NCBI RefSeq assembly: GCF_006345805.1
Contig: NC_043012.1
Span: 30,318,001 to 30,382,000, forward strand
From: Octopus sinensis
Taxonomy: Eukaryota
Length of the DNA stretch: 64,000 nt
Direction: 5' to 3'
The notes beneath the pieces were generated by a model, which had not been told where the DNA came from, made no database searches, and saw only the letters and a program-made list of their open reading frames with translations. Position numbers and translations under genes: made by a program. This document shows, piece after piece, positions 25,035 through 37,955 of the stretch. Numbering within the stretch: position 1 is the first letter of the stretch; every line of letters starts with the position of its first letter.

Positions 25035-25065
25035 TTACTACTTGATATCCTGTTGCTTAGTTTTA

Positions 25066-25118
<53 letters not shown>

Positions 25119-25479
25119 TATATATACACACTATCAATAATAATAAGGGTAAAATTAATTAATTAGTAATTAATAATTTTACCAAGTAGTGTTCAGTATG
25201 CAAAAAGACCATTTACGGTATATTTAAAACATTGCTTTGTATAATTAGGGTTCAGCAAAAAAATTTACTTTACCACACACCGAACTTTTAGAAATAGCAG
25301 CCAAAGAATTTAGCTATTTCCTCTACTTTAAGAAGAGTCTCCCAGACAATGTATACTCAAAAAAAATTCACGCAGGTTGTATAAAGGATCGTGGGTAAAG
25401 CCAAAACAATGCGAAGTAAATGCAAGGTAAATCACAAGAAAACAAATATCTAAATTAATATTGACATATCTTATATTCA

Positions 25480-26290
25480 ATATTTCGGGGTTATGACCCC
25501 ATTTTCAAGAAATTGACGAATGTTGCCGATATGCATCAATGTGAGCGTGTGTGGGGTGGACATGCGCGGAAAAGTGTTGCTATAGCAACCGGTTAGCTTC
25601 CTGTAACTCTGTTCTGTCGTTGATCTTGGGTTTCTTTTGGTGTATGAGGATGACCTCAGAGGTTCTAAGGTTGCCTCAGTTTCGCTGTGTTGCCTTGACG
25701 TGCACAATGAACTCCTGGGTCTGGCATTTTCGTAGGTATTTCTTCACTGAAGTGTCTGTCTGCATGTGTTCCTTAATGCGTATACGCAGTTTTCTTGTCG
25801 TGCTTCCGATGTAGGATGCGCCACATTTGCCACATGGAAGCGCTCCGTCGGTTACGACGACGAGGGTTCCGGTTGATCCGAATCAACGGAACAGCCTGCT
25901 CGTGAAATTAACGTGTAAGTGGCCGAGCACTCCACAGACACGTGTACCCTTAACGTAGTTCTCGGGGATATTCAGCGTGACACAGAGAGTGACAAGGCCG
26001 GCCCTTTGAAATACAGGTACAACAGAAGCAGGAAGTAAGAGTGAGAGAAAGTTGTGGTGAAAGAGTACAGCAGGGATCACCACCACCCCCTGCCGGAGCC
26101 TCGTGAAGCTTTAAGGTGTTTTCGCTCAATAAACACTCACAATGCCCGGTCTGGGAATCGAAACCGCGATCCTATGACCGCGAGTCCGCTGCCCTAACCA
26201 TTGGGCCATTGCGCCTCCACGACATTTGCCACATGTGATCTCATATACAACATAGGTCCTCTGGCACAATTCCCTGAGTTTCTGTAAATG
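25480..26290 (-). mobile_element. Penelope-like element 3' fragment with GIY-YIG endonuclease, split by a SINE
   Basis: After removing the SINE and one TSD: RTYVVYEITCGKCGASYIGSTTRKLRIRIKEH...EVILIHQKKPKIN...LL* (stop at 25580-25582). Confidence 0.85.
25837..26221 (-). mobile_element. Full-length tRNA-derived SINE (OR-type by recall) with 14-bp TSD
   Basis: Head ggaggcgcaatggcccaatggttagggcagcggactcg...ggtttcgattccc; TSD acatttgccacatg at 25823-25836 and 26222-26235. Confidence 0.9.
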
Positions 26291-26799
26291 ACCTGTTTAT
26301 ATTGGTTACTGTAGAAACAACGGCAAAAAGTTGGTATTTAGTCAATGATCTTGTGCTCACTGATTAAGATGTTTCAGCCATGGCCATCCCATCTTTTTAA
26401 GGATTTAGGACTACATTGGCCTATGTATCGTTCTTTTACATGATATGACGTAGTTTGAGGGAAATTATTTTGTTTCTATTTCTAGAAGATCAGACAACTG
26501 CCTAAAGTCTCCTTCAGTGGCTCACGGTGGAGGCGTGAGGCAGCCCTAACCGAGAGGTTTCCAACAAGGAAGGTCGAGAACGCAGTCACCCAGGGTATTT
26601 CTGTGCGTAAAACAGGATGATGGAAACCTAATTTAAGAATTGAGAGAAGGAGGTGGCATAGACTGTGGGAGAGGTGCGCGGGATTTATCTTTGAGGCTTA
26701 TTGTCACTCTTCAGTTAAGGAAAATACAAATGATACACGTCTAGGGATTGAAGCTCGACATAAAAAAGAAGGACTATATACACATGCATGTATACGTAC

Positions 26800-26843
<44 letters not shown>

Positions 26844-26854
26844 CATATGCATAT

Positions 26855-27030
26855 ATGGGTACAGGACGTTATAAAAACATGAAATACGAAAACATGGAAT
26901 ACGAACGTTTTTTTTGCGAACAACGAAAGAAACAAATTGAAAATAAGACAAGTAACATAAAGAACGACCCTTCATCAGTTGTCGGCTGTTTTATCTACTC
27001 CGCATTTCGAGCAATTACGACAAGATGTGT
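26855..27030. repeat. Dispersed repeat (second copy about 53600-53755)
   Basis: Both start gggtacagg(a/g)cgtta and end tatctactcc(g/t)catttcgagca. Confidence 0.55.
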
Positions 27031-27387
27031 CTTCGAGAAACAGTTGCTCCCGCGAACCAGAATAACATTTGGGATTTGCGGAGGGTCAAAGTTGGTAACA
27101 AAAACAGGACAGTGAAACAGGACATATACACACACATACATACATACACACATATGTTCGCTACACACACACGCGTATACATATATATGTGTGTGTATGT
27201 ATGTGTGTGAATGTTATGCATTTATTTTGCTGAAATTGGCTCAAGAGGATTACTTTCATATGTAGCACTCAATACAAAATATAAGTGTACAATTTTATAT
27301 TTCTTGCTTATTTAAAAGTTTACACTAGGATCGTTTCGTCCTTGATTGTTTTGAAATATACACACACGTGTGTATAGGTATATGCAT

Positions 27388-27512
<125 letters not shown>

Positions 27513-28289
27513 TGCGTACGTCCATACATAGGTTTATGAATACAGACTTTTAATACAACTGACATGTTAGGTAGAGGTGAAGAAATATAGATAAGTGGGT
27601 TTTGAAATGCTGAGATCCTTCGAGATAGGGAGAGATAGACAGGCCCATAGATGGGTTGATAGAGGACGAGATAGTTTGATACATATATACATAGATCTTG
27701 TGCTAGATTAAATTGATTGATATATAAACAAGCTGTTGGGGAGGATGAATGAGTTAAAATGGAGAGAGAATGTGAGATATGGTTGGAAGTGTTCAATCAA
27801 ACAGGATGGAAGCGATGATTGAAACCGTAATGAACTTATTCACTGCACTCTTTAATTCACTCCCTCATCAACACCACCATCACAACAACCAACACCACCA
27901 AATCAACGACAACCTCCTTATTTTAAAGCTATCCTTTATAAACCGTTGATGAAAATGATGACAGCAGAAACCAGGCAAAGTGTAAAAATGTCCTCGTTCC
28001 CTTCTCATCCAAAACAGCTGTCTCCACTCCGGGTATGATAACTGTGCCCTCAAAGGCTCCCTTCGCAACCACCCTAATCCTAACAGTCGACCCAAACAAG
28101 ATGAGTGACAACTTTATTTGTCTCTCATCTCTTCACAATGATAATTATTTCGGTTATTTTAGTTACAAGATTCCAACGGTGGAAGCGTGAAAAAAAGAAA
28201 TGTCCGCTTTCAGTATTCCAGATGTAACACCCTTGCTTTGTCAATCGCATAATCACACGTACGTATGTATGCCATTATTCAGTTTTATT

Positions 28290-29400
28290 CCAAGATTTCT
28301 TGCTAAATGAGAGAAAACCGGTTTCTAACCTAGATCCAAGGCTCCTTCATTGGAATTTCAACATTAACAAAAGGGTATTTTTGTATGTATGTATGTATGT
28401 TTTATGTATGTATTCTCATGCATATAGTTGCATATCTAGACATGCTCATATATATTTAAATGATAAACTTCTGGAATGGATTGGATCTGTAGTCTTCGAA
28501 TTAACTTTTGCCTTTTTGGTTTTGAGAAACCTAATTTCTCAAGATTGGTATTTAGGTAGTATGTTATCTATCCCAGGGCCTCAATAATTGCAGGTATAAA
28601 CCTGAACTTATAATCTGGATAGAGTAATTGCAGATTTCTCAATAGTTCAGCATAGGTGCTCTCTTTTCCGCTGATCTTCAGCTTTATGTTAACATCCGCT
28701 GGGCAGCTAATTTCCACAATTGTGCACAGTTTCTCTCTTCTATTTCAAATCATTATATCAAGTCTGTTGTACTTACATTTTATTCATAATATTCAGGTCT
28801 TCACTGGTACATTCCTCAAGTATTCCTTTTTATTATGATTAACTATGGCTTCTACCATACGGTGGGTTCTTATTTCTTTGTCCTGGGGATTATCATTCCG
28901 ACGGATTTCATTATAGAGTCTCATCGGTAGTTAATACCGTGATGATATTTTCGGACAATTGCTTATGATGTCGGTGATATCTTCCATGTTAACCCAACAA
29001 AGTCTGCATCGGTTGTTACATTTTACTGCTTTTCCTGCATCTCAATCCCTTTTGTGCATCAGGTACTTGGTTGATATTTCCTGTTCCTGGATTGCAAACG
29101 CATACCCTTCAAAGGGGAAGGTAGTAATCCAGCTATTCGTTCATGATAAACTGCTTTGATGATCAATGTTATTATCATCTCGGAGCTTTCTACTAATATA
29201 TCCATGCATAGTCTTCTGCTCCTATACGCTCATCCTTTGATACGTTGCAGTAGGGTCTTGCGACTTCTTTCGGCATTATTTAAGGTGACAAGTCAAGGAA
29301 TGTTGCTCAAGGAATGTTGCCTTCCAAGTCTTGTGTTATCAGCCCAATGTATGCAAACTTGATGCACTTCGACACTTGGTGGCTAAAAGATGTTGCCGAA
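28290..29400 (-). mobile_element. Decayed RLE-type LINE 3' fragment, family B
   Basis: EGYAFAIQEQEISTKYL...CRLCWVNMEDITDIISNCP...NRLDIMIWNREEKLCTIVEISCPAD...FIPAIIEALG; the 3' UTR is interrupted by (TATG)n. Confidence 0.75.
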
Positions 29401-29655
29401 GGGATGTGATGCGACATTCAAAGGCATTTTGGATCGATGTTAAGTCTCTATCGCCTTGTTTTCGTTATAGGTAGATGCAATATGTATGTATGCATGCATG
29501 CATGTATGTATGTATGTATGTATGTATGTATGTATGTATGTATGTATGTGTGTGTGTGTGTATGTATGTAAGTATGTGTGTATGTATCTTGCTCCCTTTC
29601 TTTCTTTCTCTCTCACTTATCTTGATGTTTTTCAAAATAATGGTTTTAAATTTTG

Positions 29656-29848
29656 ACACAAGGCCAGCAATTTCGAAGTAGTATGTCGATTACATCGACC
29701 CCAGTACATGGCTAGTACTTATTTTATCGACCCCGAAAGGAAGAAATGCAAACTCAAGCATTGCGGGATTTGAACTTTGAATGTAAAGGCGAACGAAATA
29801 CGCTAAGCATTTTGTCCGACGAGCGAACGATTCTGTCGACTCGCTGCC
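29656..29848 (-). mobile_element. SINE family B
   Basis: gtcgattacatcgaccccagt...tttatcgaccccgaaagg...gatttgaact...gctaagcatttt...acgattctg shared with other copies. Confidence 0.8.
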
Positions 29849-29993
29849 TTCTTTTTTTCTCCATTAAATAATAGCAGATAATTCATAAGTCATCCTTAAT
29901 TAAACGACTTCTGTTTCTCGTAGGTGAGGGTCACACAAGCAACCTCCTCCTTCCAAGCTTTTGGAGAATCGAAAACATTTCGTATCTCAATCT

Positions 29994-30038
<45 letters not shown>

Positions 30039-30472
30039 GTAGTAGTAGTAGTAGTAGTATGCATTCTTTTCTTTTCCAATTTGGATGATAACCTCGAAGC
30101 GAGATTGTTTTTGTTTTGTTTTAGTTTTATGAGATCTGTCACTTAATGGCCGACATATATTCCAGTTTAGGGATCCATGGAGACGGGATGATTTTGGGTA
30201 TTAAACTCCGTGTTTAGGGATGAGAAGAATGCCTGGGTGATGGGTGGGTGAATGGTTGGTACTGGAATAAGTGACATCTGGTGGACATGTGTTTGAAACT
30301 GATGATAATGATAGGTTTGGCGATAAACTGATAGCCAGATAGGTGGATAGATGGACAGGTATATAGACTGATAGATAGATAGATAGACTGATGAATAGAT
30401 AGAGCGAAAGAGCGATCTGGATGAATAGATTTGTGTACACACAGATGGATATACATACATACATGCATAATG

Positions 30473-30553
<81 letters not shown>

Positions 30554-30693
30554 ATGTATGTATGTATGTATGTATAGATGCAGGCATATACGCACATATG
30601 TGTGTGTAAAGATGCAGCAGACAGTGGTGTTCATGCACGCATGTATGTATATATGTACGTACGCATGTATATGTATGTATGTATGTATGTATG

Positions 30694-30756
<63 letters not shown>

Positions 30757-32270
30757 ATGTGCGTGTGTGCGCATTCTATGTATTGTTTGATTATATTTCT
30801 ACTTTAAGGAAGAAATGACTACTTCTGAACTTCATTTCCTTACAACTGTTTCTGCTATAACATGCAGTGGATTCATAATTGAGGGGTTGAGCAACACCTT
30901 ATAACTTCATCGGAGCCTCTCTTAATTAGCAGTGATGTTTGGGGTTTTGTGAATGCAACTGAAGCAGTCACAATGCCAAATGTTCCAATAATTAATGGTA
31001 AAGTACGGACAAAGAAGATCCAAAATTTTCCGAAGTTTCACAAACTTCAATTTTCTAACCTTTAACATCTGCTGGACAAGATGTCAGCGGAATAACATCC
31101 AAGATCATGTTTGTCGGGTCCATTGTGCTCTCATTTGTTGTACGAATGCATAAAATAGCACAAAACATGATTATGTTGGAATTGAAGATGTGCTGAGCAT
31201 CATATATGCTGCTTTATTAATTTATGTGACATAAACAGAGATTAAACACCCCAAACACAGTTTTGTCCGATCGTTCGGCCCCTCCCTCGGTATTTGCCAG
31301 CGATTTGGTAAAGGAAAAGAAAAGGTAACTTAAGGTGGCACAAGTGATATCGATTCTTGTCCGTCTCCTGTCATACTTCAGGGAAATATACTTTGAAATT
31401 CTCGAGGAAGAATTTAAGCATTTGTCGGCACGTCAAAATTAATTCGTTCATTTTCTTTTAAAGATTGAGTTACGGAAAATCGGAATCTGTCCACATTGTT
31501 GACGTCTTAAATAAATGCATCTCATCTGATAGTGTCCATGGAATGGTAGCGGTATCTTTTCTATCCCTTGATGTCTTGTTTTGAAGCTGCTATAGAGCCT
31601 TCCTCAGCGCATAATTAGGTGATGGAAGATGGCTTGATGAGGCAGTTAAAATTTCCTTTGCACATCACTCAGTCTTCGAGGAGATCAGATGTCGTCCTGG
31701 TTTCCAAGACAACTAACCAATTGAAGTTAACTACGCCCTGACAGGAAAGGGTGGTGAAAGTGTAAGAGTGGAAGAAGGCTTTTCGGATGAAGAGTTGGTG
31801 GAGGGCTGCTCGCAGTAATGGGAGGTGAAGGAGCTGCTTGGCAATGGAAGTTGGCCGTCGAGGATTCGCAGGTCATACTCTGAGTAAGGCTTATGGAATG
31901 AACAGAAGAGAAGCCACCAAGAACAACATAGAAGTTGCTGACAAAGCCTCTAGATGGCGCTAGATGAAAAGAGGTAATGCGGGGAAGTCCGTAGAATGGT
32001 ACTTGGGTATTGGTTAAGGAATGGTCAATTTAGATCTAGTCGCCTGTATGTGTAGGTGGGGGTAGGTATGTTGCAAGACCCAAAACACCCAGATAACACA
32101 GGATACCATACCGGACGATGTATTCAAGTATTGCACCTGTAAATGTGTGTAAGAATATGTAGACACAGGAAATGCTGAGCTTGATCTTTCTGTAATCTGA
32201 GTCCGAACGAACTAAGTTTGCGTGAGCGATACGGACGGAGTTGAATCAAACTATCGTAAATAATATATAT

Positions 32271-32670
32271 AGGCGCAGGGGTGGCTGTGTGGTAAGAAAC
32301 TTGCTTCCCAACCACATGGTTCCGGGTTCAATCCCACTGTGTGGCACCTTAGGCAAGTGTCTTCCACTATACCCTCGGGTCAACCAAAGCCTTGTGAGTT
32401 GATTTGGTAGACGGAAACTGAAAGAAGCCCGTCGTATATATATATAAATACATATATGTATGTGTGGGTATGTATTTGTGTGTATGATTTTGTTCCCCCA
32501 CCATCGCTTGACAACAGATGTCGGTGTGTTTACGTCGCCGTAACTTAGCGGTTCGGCAAAAGAGACTGTTAAAAGAGGGTTACAAAGAATAGGTTCTGGG
32601 GTCGATTTGTTCGACTAAAGGCGGTGCTCCAATATGGCCGCAGTCAAATGATTGAAATAAGTAAAAGAAT
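32271..32670 (+). mobile_element. SINE family A, near full length
   Basis: ggcgcaggggtggctgtgtggtaag...ggttcaatccc...through aaatgattgaaataagtaaaag. Confidence 0.9.
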
Positions 32671-32714
32671 ATTATATATATGTGTGTTTGTATATATATA
32701 TATATATATATATA

Positions 32715-32975
32715 TCTCACGTGATCACGTGACCAACCAGACTGTCAGATGCTGTTGCACATCGCTGGATCACAATGCGCTTTGCATCGTTTTAGCCTTG
32801 AAATGACGCGACTCCGCTGGCCAGGCATGCAGACCAACACTCCCTTCGATCGAACGGGGACTGGAGCTATGTCAAATGTATTTTGCTCAAGAACACAACA
32901 CGCCGCCCGGTCTAGTATTCGAACCTACTAACTAGCGATCGTGAGTGCAACAGTCATACCACTAGGCCACGCATA
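32715..32975 (-). mobile_element. tRNA-derived SINE (third family)
   Basis: Reverse-complement head gcgtggcctagtggt...gcactcacgatcgc...ggttcgaatac...ccgggcggcgtgttgtgttcttgagcaaa. Confidence 0.7.
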
Positions 32976-33189
32976 TTCACACACACACACATATGTGTGT
33001 GAAGGTGTGTGTGTGGTGTGTGTTGTACAAGCAAGAGATAAGTGTGCTCAAGCATTAAGGGGCATGATAGAACGGCAAACTCAAGATGTAAAACCTCTTT
33101 GTAACGTGAAACCAATTTCGAATTATGGAATCAATGAACACGCGCACGCTTATGTACACATATACACTCACACAAACTCAAGCATACAC

Positions 33190-33330
33190 CACTTAGCGGT
33201 TCGGCAAAAGAGACCGATAGAATAAGTACTGGGCTTACAAAGAATAAGTCCCGGGGTCGATTTGCTCGACTAAAGGCGGTGCTCCAGCATGGCCGCAGTC
33301 AAATGACTGAAACAAGTAAAAGAAAAGAAA
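33190..33330 (+). mobile_element. 3' part of SINE family A
   Basis: cttagcggttcggcaaaagagaccgatagaataagtactgggcttacaaagaataagtcccggggtcg... Confidence 0.9.
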
Positions 33331-33575
33331 GATAAAAGATATATGTATACACACATGGTCCGTTTTGTTCTCTTACTTTATTATCATCGTATAATCATCT
33401 CATAATAATGACTTTTATGACTCTTATTACTACCTCAGTCAATCTAAATGTATATATTTGTCGTTATCTGTCATAAAAAGCCTTTTTTATTTGCAATGTG
33501 CATTTTTGTTGATTTTTCATATTTTACCCTTACATTTCCACGTGTATTTTATATTTTCTTTTTGTAACATATTTC

Positions 33576-33642
<67 letters not shown>

Positions 33643-33727
33643 GGTGAAATTAATTAATTTAGAATAATCATTAATTTCACCAAGTAGATTTCGGCATGTA
33701 AAAGCCCCTTCGAGGAAGGTTTAAGTA

Positions 33728-33959
33728 ATACTAAGTAATTAAGGTTTAGCAACGATTTGCCTCACCACATACCGAATTTAGAAATAGCAGTCAAAGAGTT
33801 ATGGCTATTCTTCTACTTAAAAGGATATGCTATTCTAGTTCTGTGGTTTTACTGAGAATCTCCCTTTTAAGTAGAAAATAGCCATAACTCTTTGACTGCT
33901 ATTTCTAAATTCGGTATGTAGTGAGGCAAATCGTTGCTAAACCCTTAATTACTTAGTAT
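33728..33959. repeat. Inverted repeat, 97-bp arms (33728-33824/33863-33959), 38-nt spacer
   Basis: Near-exact reverse complements; 33640-33830 is also related to 25140-25335. Confidence 0.9.
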
Positions 33960-34357
33960 ATATATATATATATATATATACATATAGATAGATAGATACA
34001 TACATACATACATACATACATACATACATACAAACAGATTCAGGGACTCATGCTCATGCACGCGGCGCGCAAACACAGAAAGAATCTACGCCAGTAAATG
34101 GCTTAGCAGATATCGTGGGCCACTGTAGCTGGTCTATCAGATATCCCCGACCTCTGAGAGTGTGTGTAGCTATGTAACAGTTATATGTTAGTTTAAAGTA
34201 AAGTAGGCTATACCAACAACATCAATACCAACAACATAAACAATAACTGCTCAAGGTTATTTCAATAGCGATGTTAAAGTTGTTAACATACTTTGATACA
34301 TACCTTCACACAAACACACGCGGCTATATACTATTGTACATACAGGAGAGATATTTT

Positions 34358-34402
<45 letters not shown>

Positions 34403-34787
34403 TCATCTATAAGCTTGCCTTTGTGCACACTAATAATTAGCGATATGTACGCAGACATAAAAAATATACATACACACACATGTGAATGTGTGTACATGTA
34501 TGTGTGTGAGGTCGTGAGCGTTAATCTTTAGATGCATACAGACATACGCGTTTATACACATATATTTCTATATATAATATAACACATCACATACACATTT
34601 ACATCTAGCTGTCTATATACATACATACACACACACACACACATACATGCATACATAGATACATATGCACATTACATGTTCTAGGTGCATATATATGCTT
34701 GCATATATATGTATGTGCAAATATTTGTATATGTGCATATATATATACATACAGACACACGCTCACACACACACAGACACACACGCG

Positions 34788-34839
<52 letters not shown>

Positions 34840-34867
34840 GTGTGATATAATATAAATATATATGTGT

Positions 34868-34902
<35 letters not shown>

Positions 34903-35287
34903 TATATATATATGTGTGGGTGTGTATATATATATATATGTGTGCATTACTATTATATATATATATATATATGCTTATGTATATGTGCTGTGCGTATAAG
35001 TATGCAAGTATACACGCACACATAAAAAGCCACGTGCACTCACACATGTATAAAGAACTAAGGGAAATAACTCAAAGAGGTCAATGGCAAGAGGGTAAAA
35101 ATTTAAGTTAAAGTTTAAATATTCATAATTTATTTAAAAAAATAAGAAAACAAAAATCTATCGGCAATTGTTAGCGACTCTCAAAGATAAGGAAATATAA
35201 TTTCCAGAAATTATGCATTCGCTTCTGAAATTAATTAATTTTCTTAAGAAAAAGACACTATAATTTTTGCTTGCAAGCGAGGGGCAG

Positions 35288-35330
35288 TTATGGACATATG
35301 TTTCGGAATATTTTGAGCTCATCAGAATAA
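35288..35330 (-). ncRNA. Isolated hammerhead core with decayed stem II
   Basis: TTATT-CTGATGA-G..12 nt..C-GAAAC-ATAT-GTC-CATAA. Confidence 0.5.
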
Positions 35331-35573
35331 TAAAGTTTACTCGAGTCTGCAGATTAACAAATAGATATTTCATGCACAGAAGAGAAATGCTATTTTTGAA
35401 CAAGATTAATTTGCATTTTTAAAAATATAAAATATAAAGAAAAGGGGCTGCGGAAGACAACTAAAAAAAAGGGCTAACAGCATGAATTTAGATAATTAAG
35501 TTAACAGACTGATGTACAGATAACCGTACATGTGTATATGCATATAGCTGGATATGTCTTTGTGTGTACAAGC

Positions 35574-35604
<31 letters not shown>

Positions 35605-35957
35605 ACACACACACACACACACACACACAGAGCTGCATATATTGAGCGTGTACATGTGTGTGTGTGTGTGTTGTGTTGTGTGTGTGTGTGTGTATGTGTG
35701 TGTATGTGTGTGTGTGTGCGTGCGTGTGTATGCACGTATAATGATGTTTCTTTTACTCTGAATGGTTTGACTAATTCTCATTCTTGGAAATTAATATTCA
35801 GTAAGATAACTGAGATTCTCTCAGCCCAGAATAACGCTATCGTTCCCTTCCTCAGTTTCTCTCTTCTCTCTCTCTCTCTCTTTCTCTTTCTCTCTCTCTC
35901 TACCTATCTATCCATCTATGTGTGTATAATTTAATTCAACCACTGTGTCTGTGTATG

Positions 35958-35998
<41 letters not shown>

Positions 35999-36004
35999 TC
36001 TATC

Positions 36005-36054
<50 letters not shown>

Positions 36055-36069
36055 CATCCATCCATCTAC

Positions 36070-36143
<74 letters not shown>
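35958..36143. repeat. (TCTA)n tract 5' of the Tx1 element
   Basis: Directly visible. Confidence 0.95.
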
Positions 36144-37753
<1,610 letters not shown>

Positions 37754-37886
37754 CTTACATACACACATACATACACATATTGATGGGCGAACGCAATTAT
37801 GCAAGACGAGCAAAATTTATTTTGAAAAGTATTTCACCAACATCAGGCGTTATTGAAGCACTCGCGCGCGCACACACACACGCACA

Positions 37887-37955
<69 letters not shown>

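Larger units (their letters stand above)
22800..25065. mobile_element. Penelope-like composite bounded by inverted pseudo-LTRs (arms about 22800-23008 and 24860-25065)
   Basis: The arms are reverse complements at roughly 85-90% and carry a hammerhead motif; the interior has GIY-YIG remnants. Confidence 0.6.

Noticed and set aside
31540-32110. GC-richer segment resembling a LINE endonuclease-to-RT linker
   Set aside because: Too many stops and no diagnostic motif I can defend; needs BLASTx.
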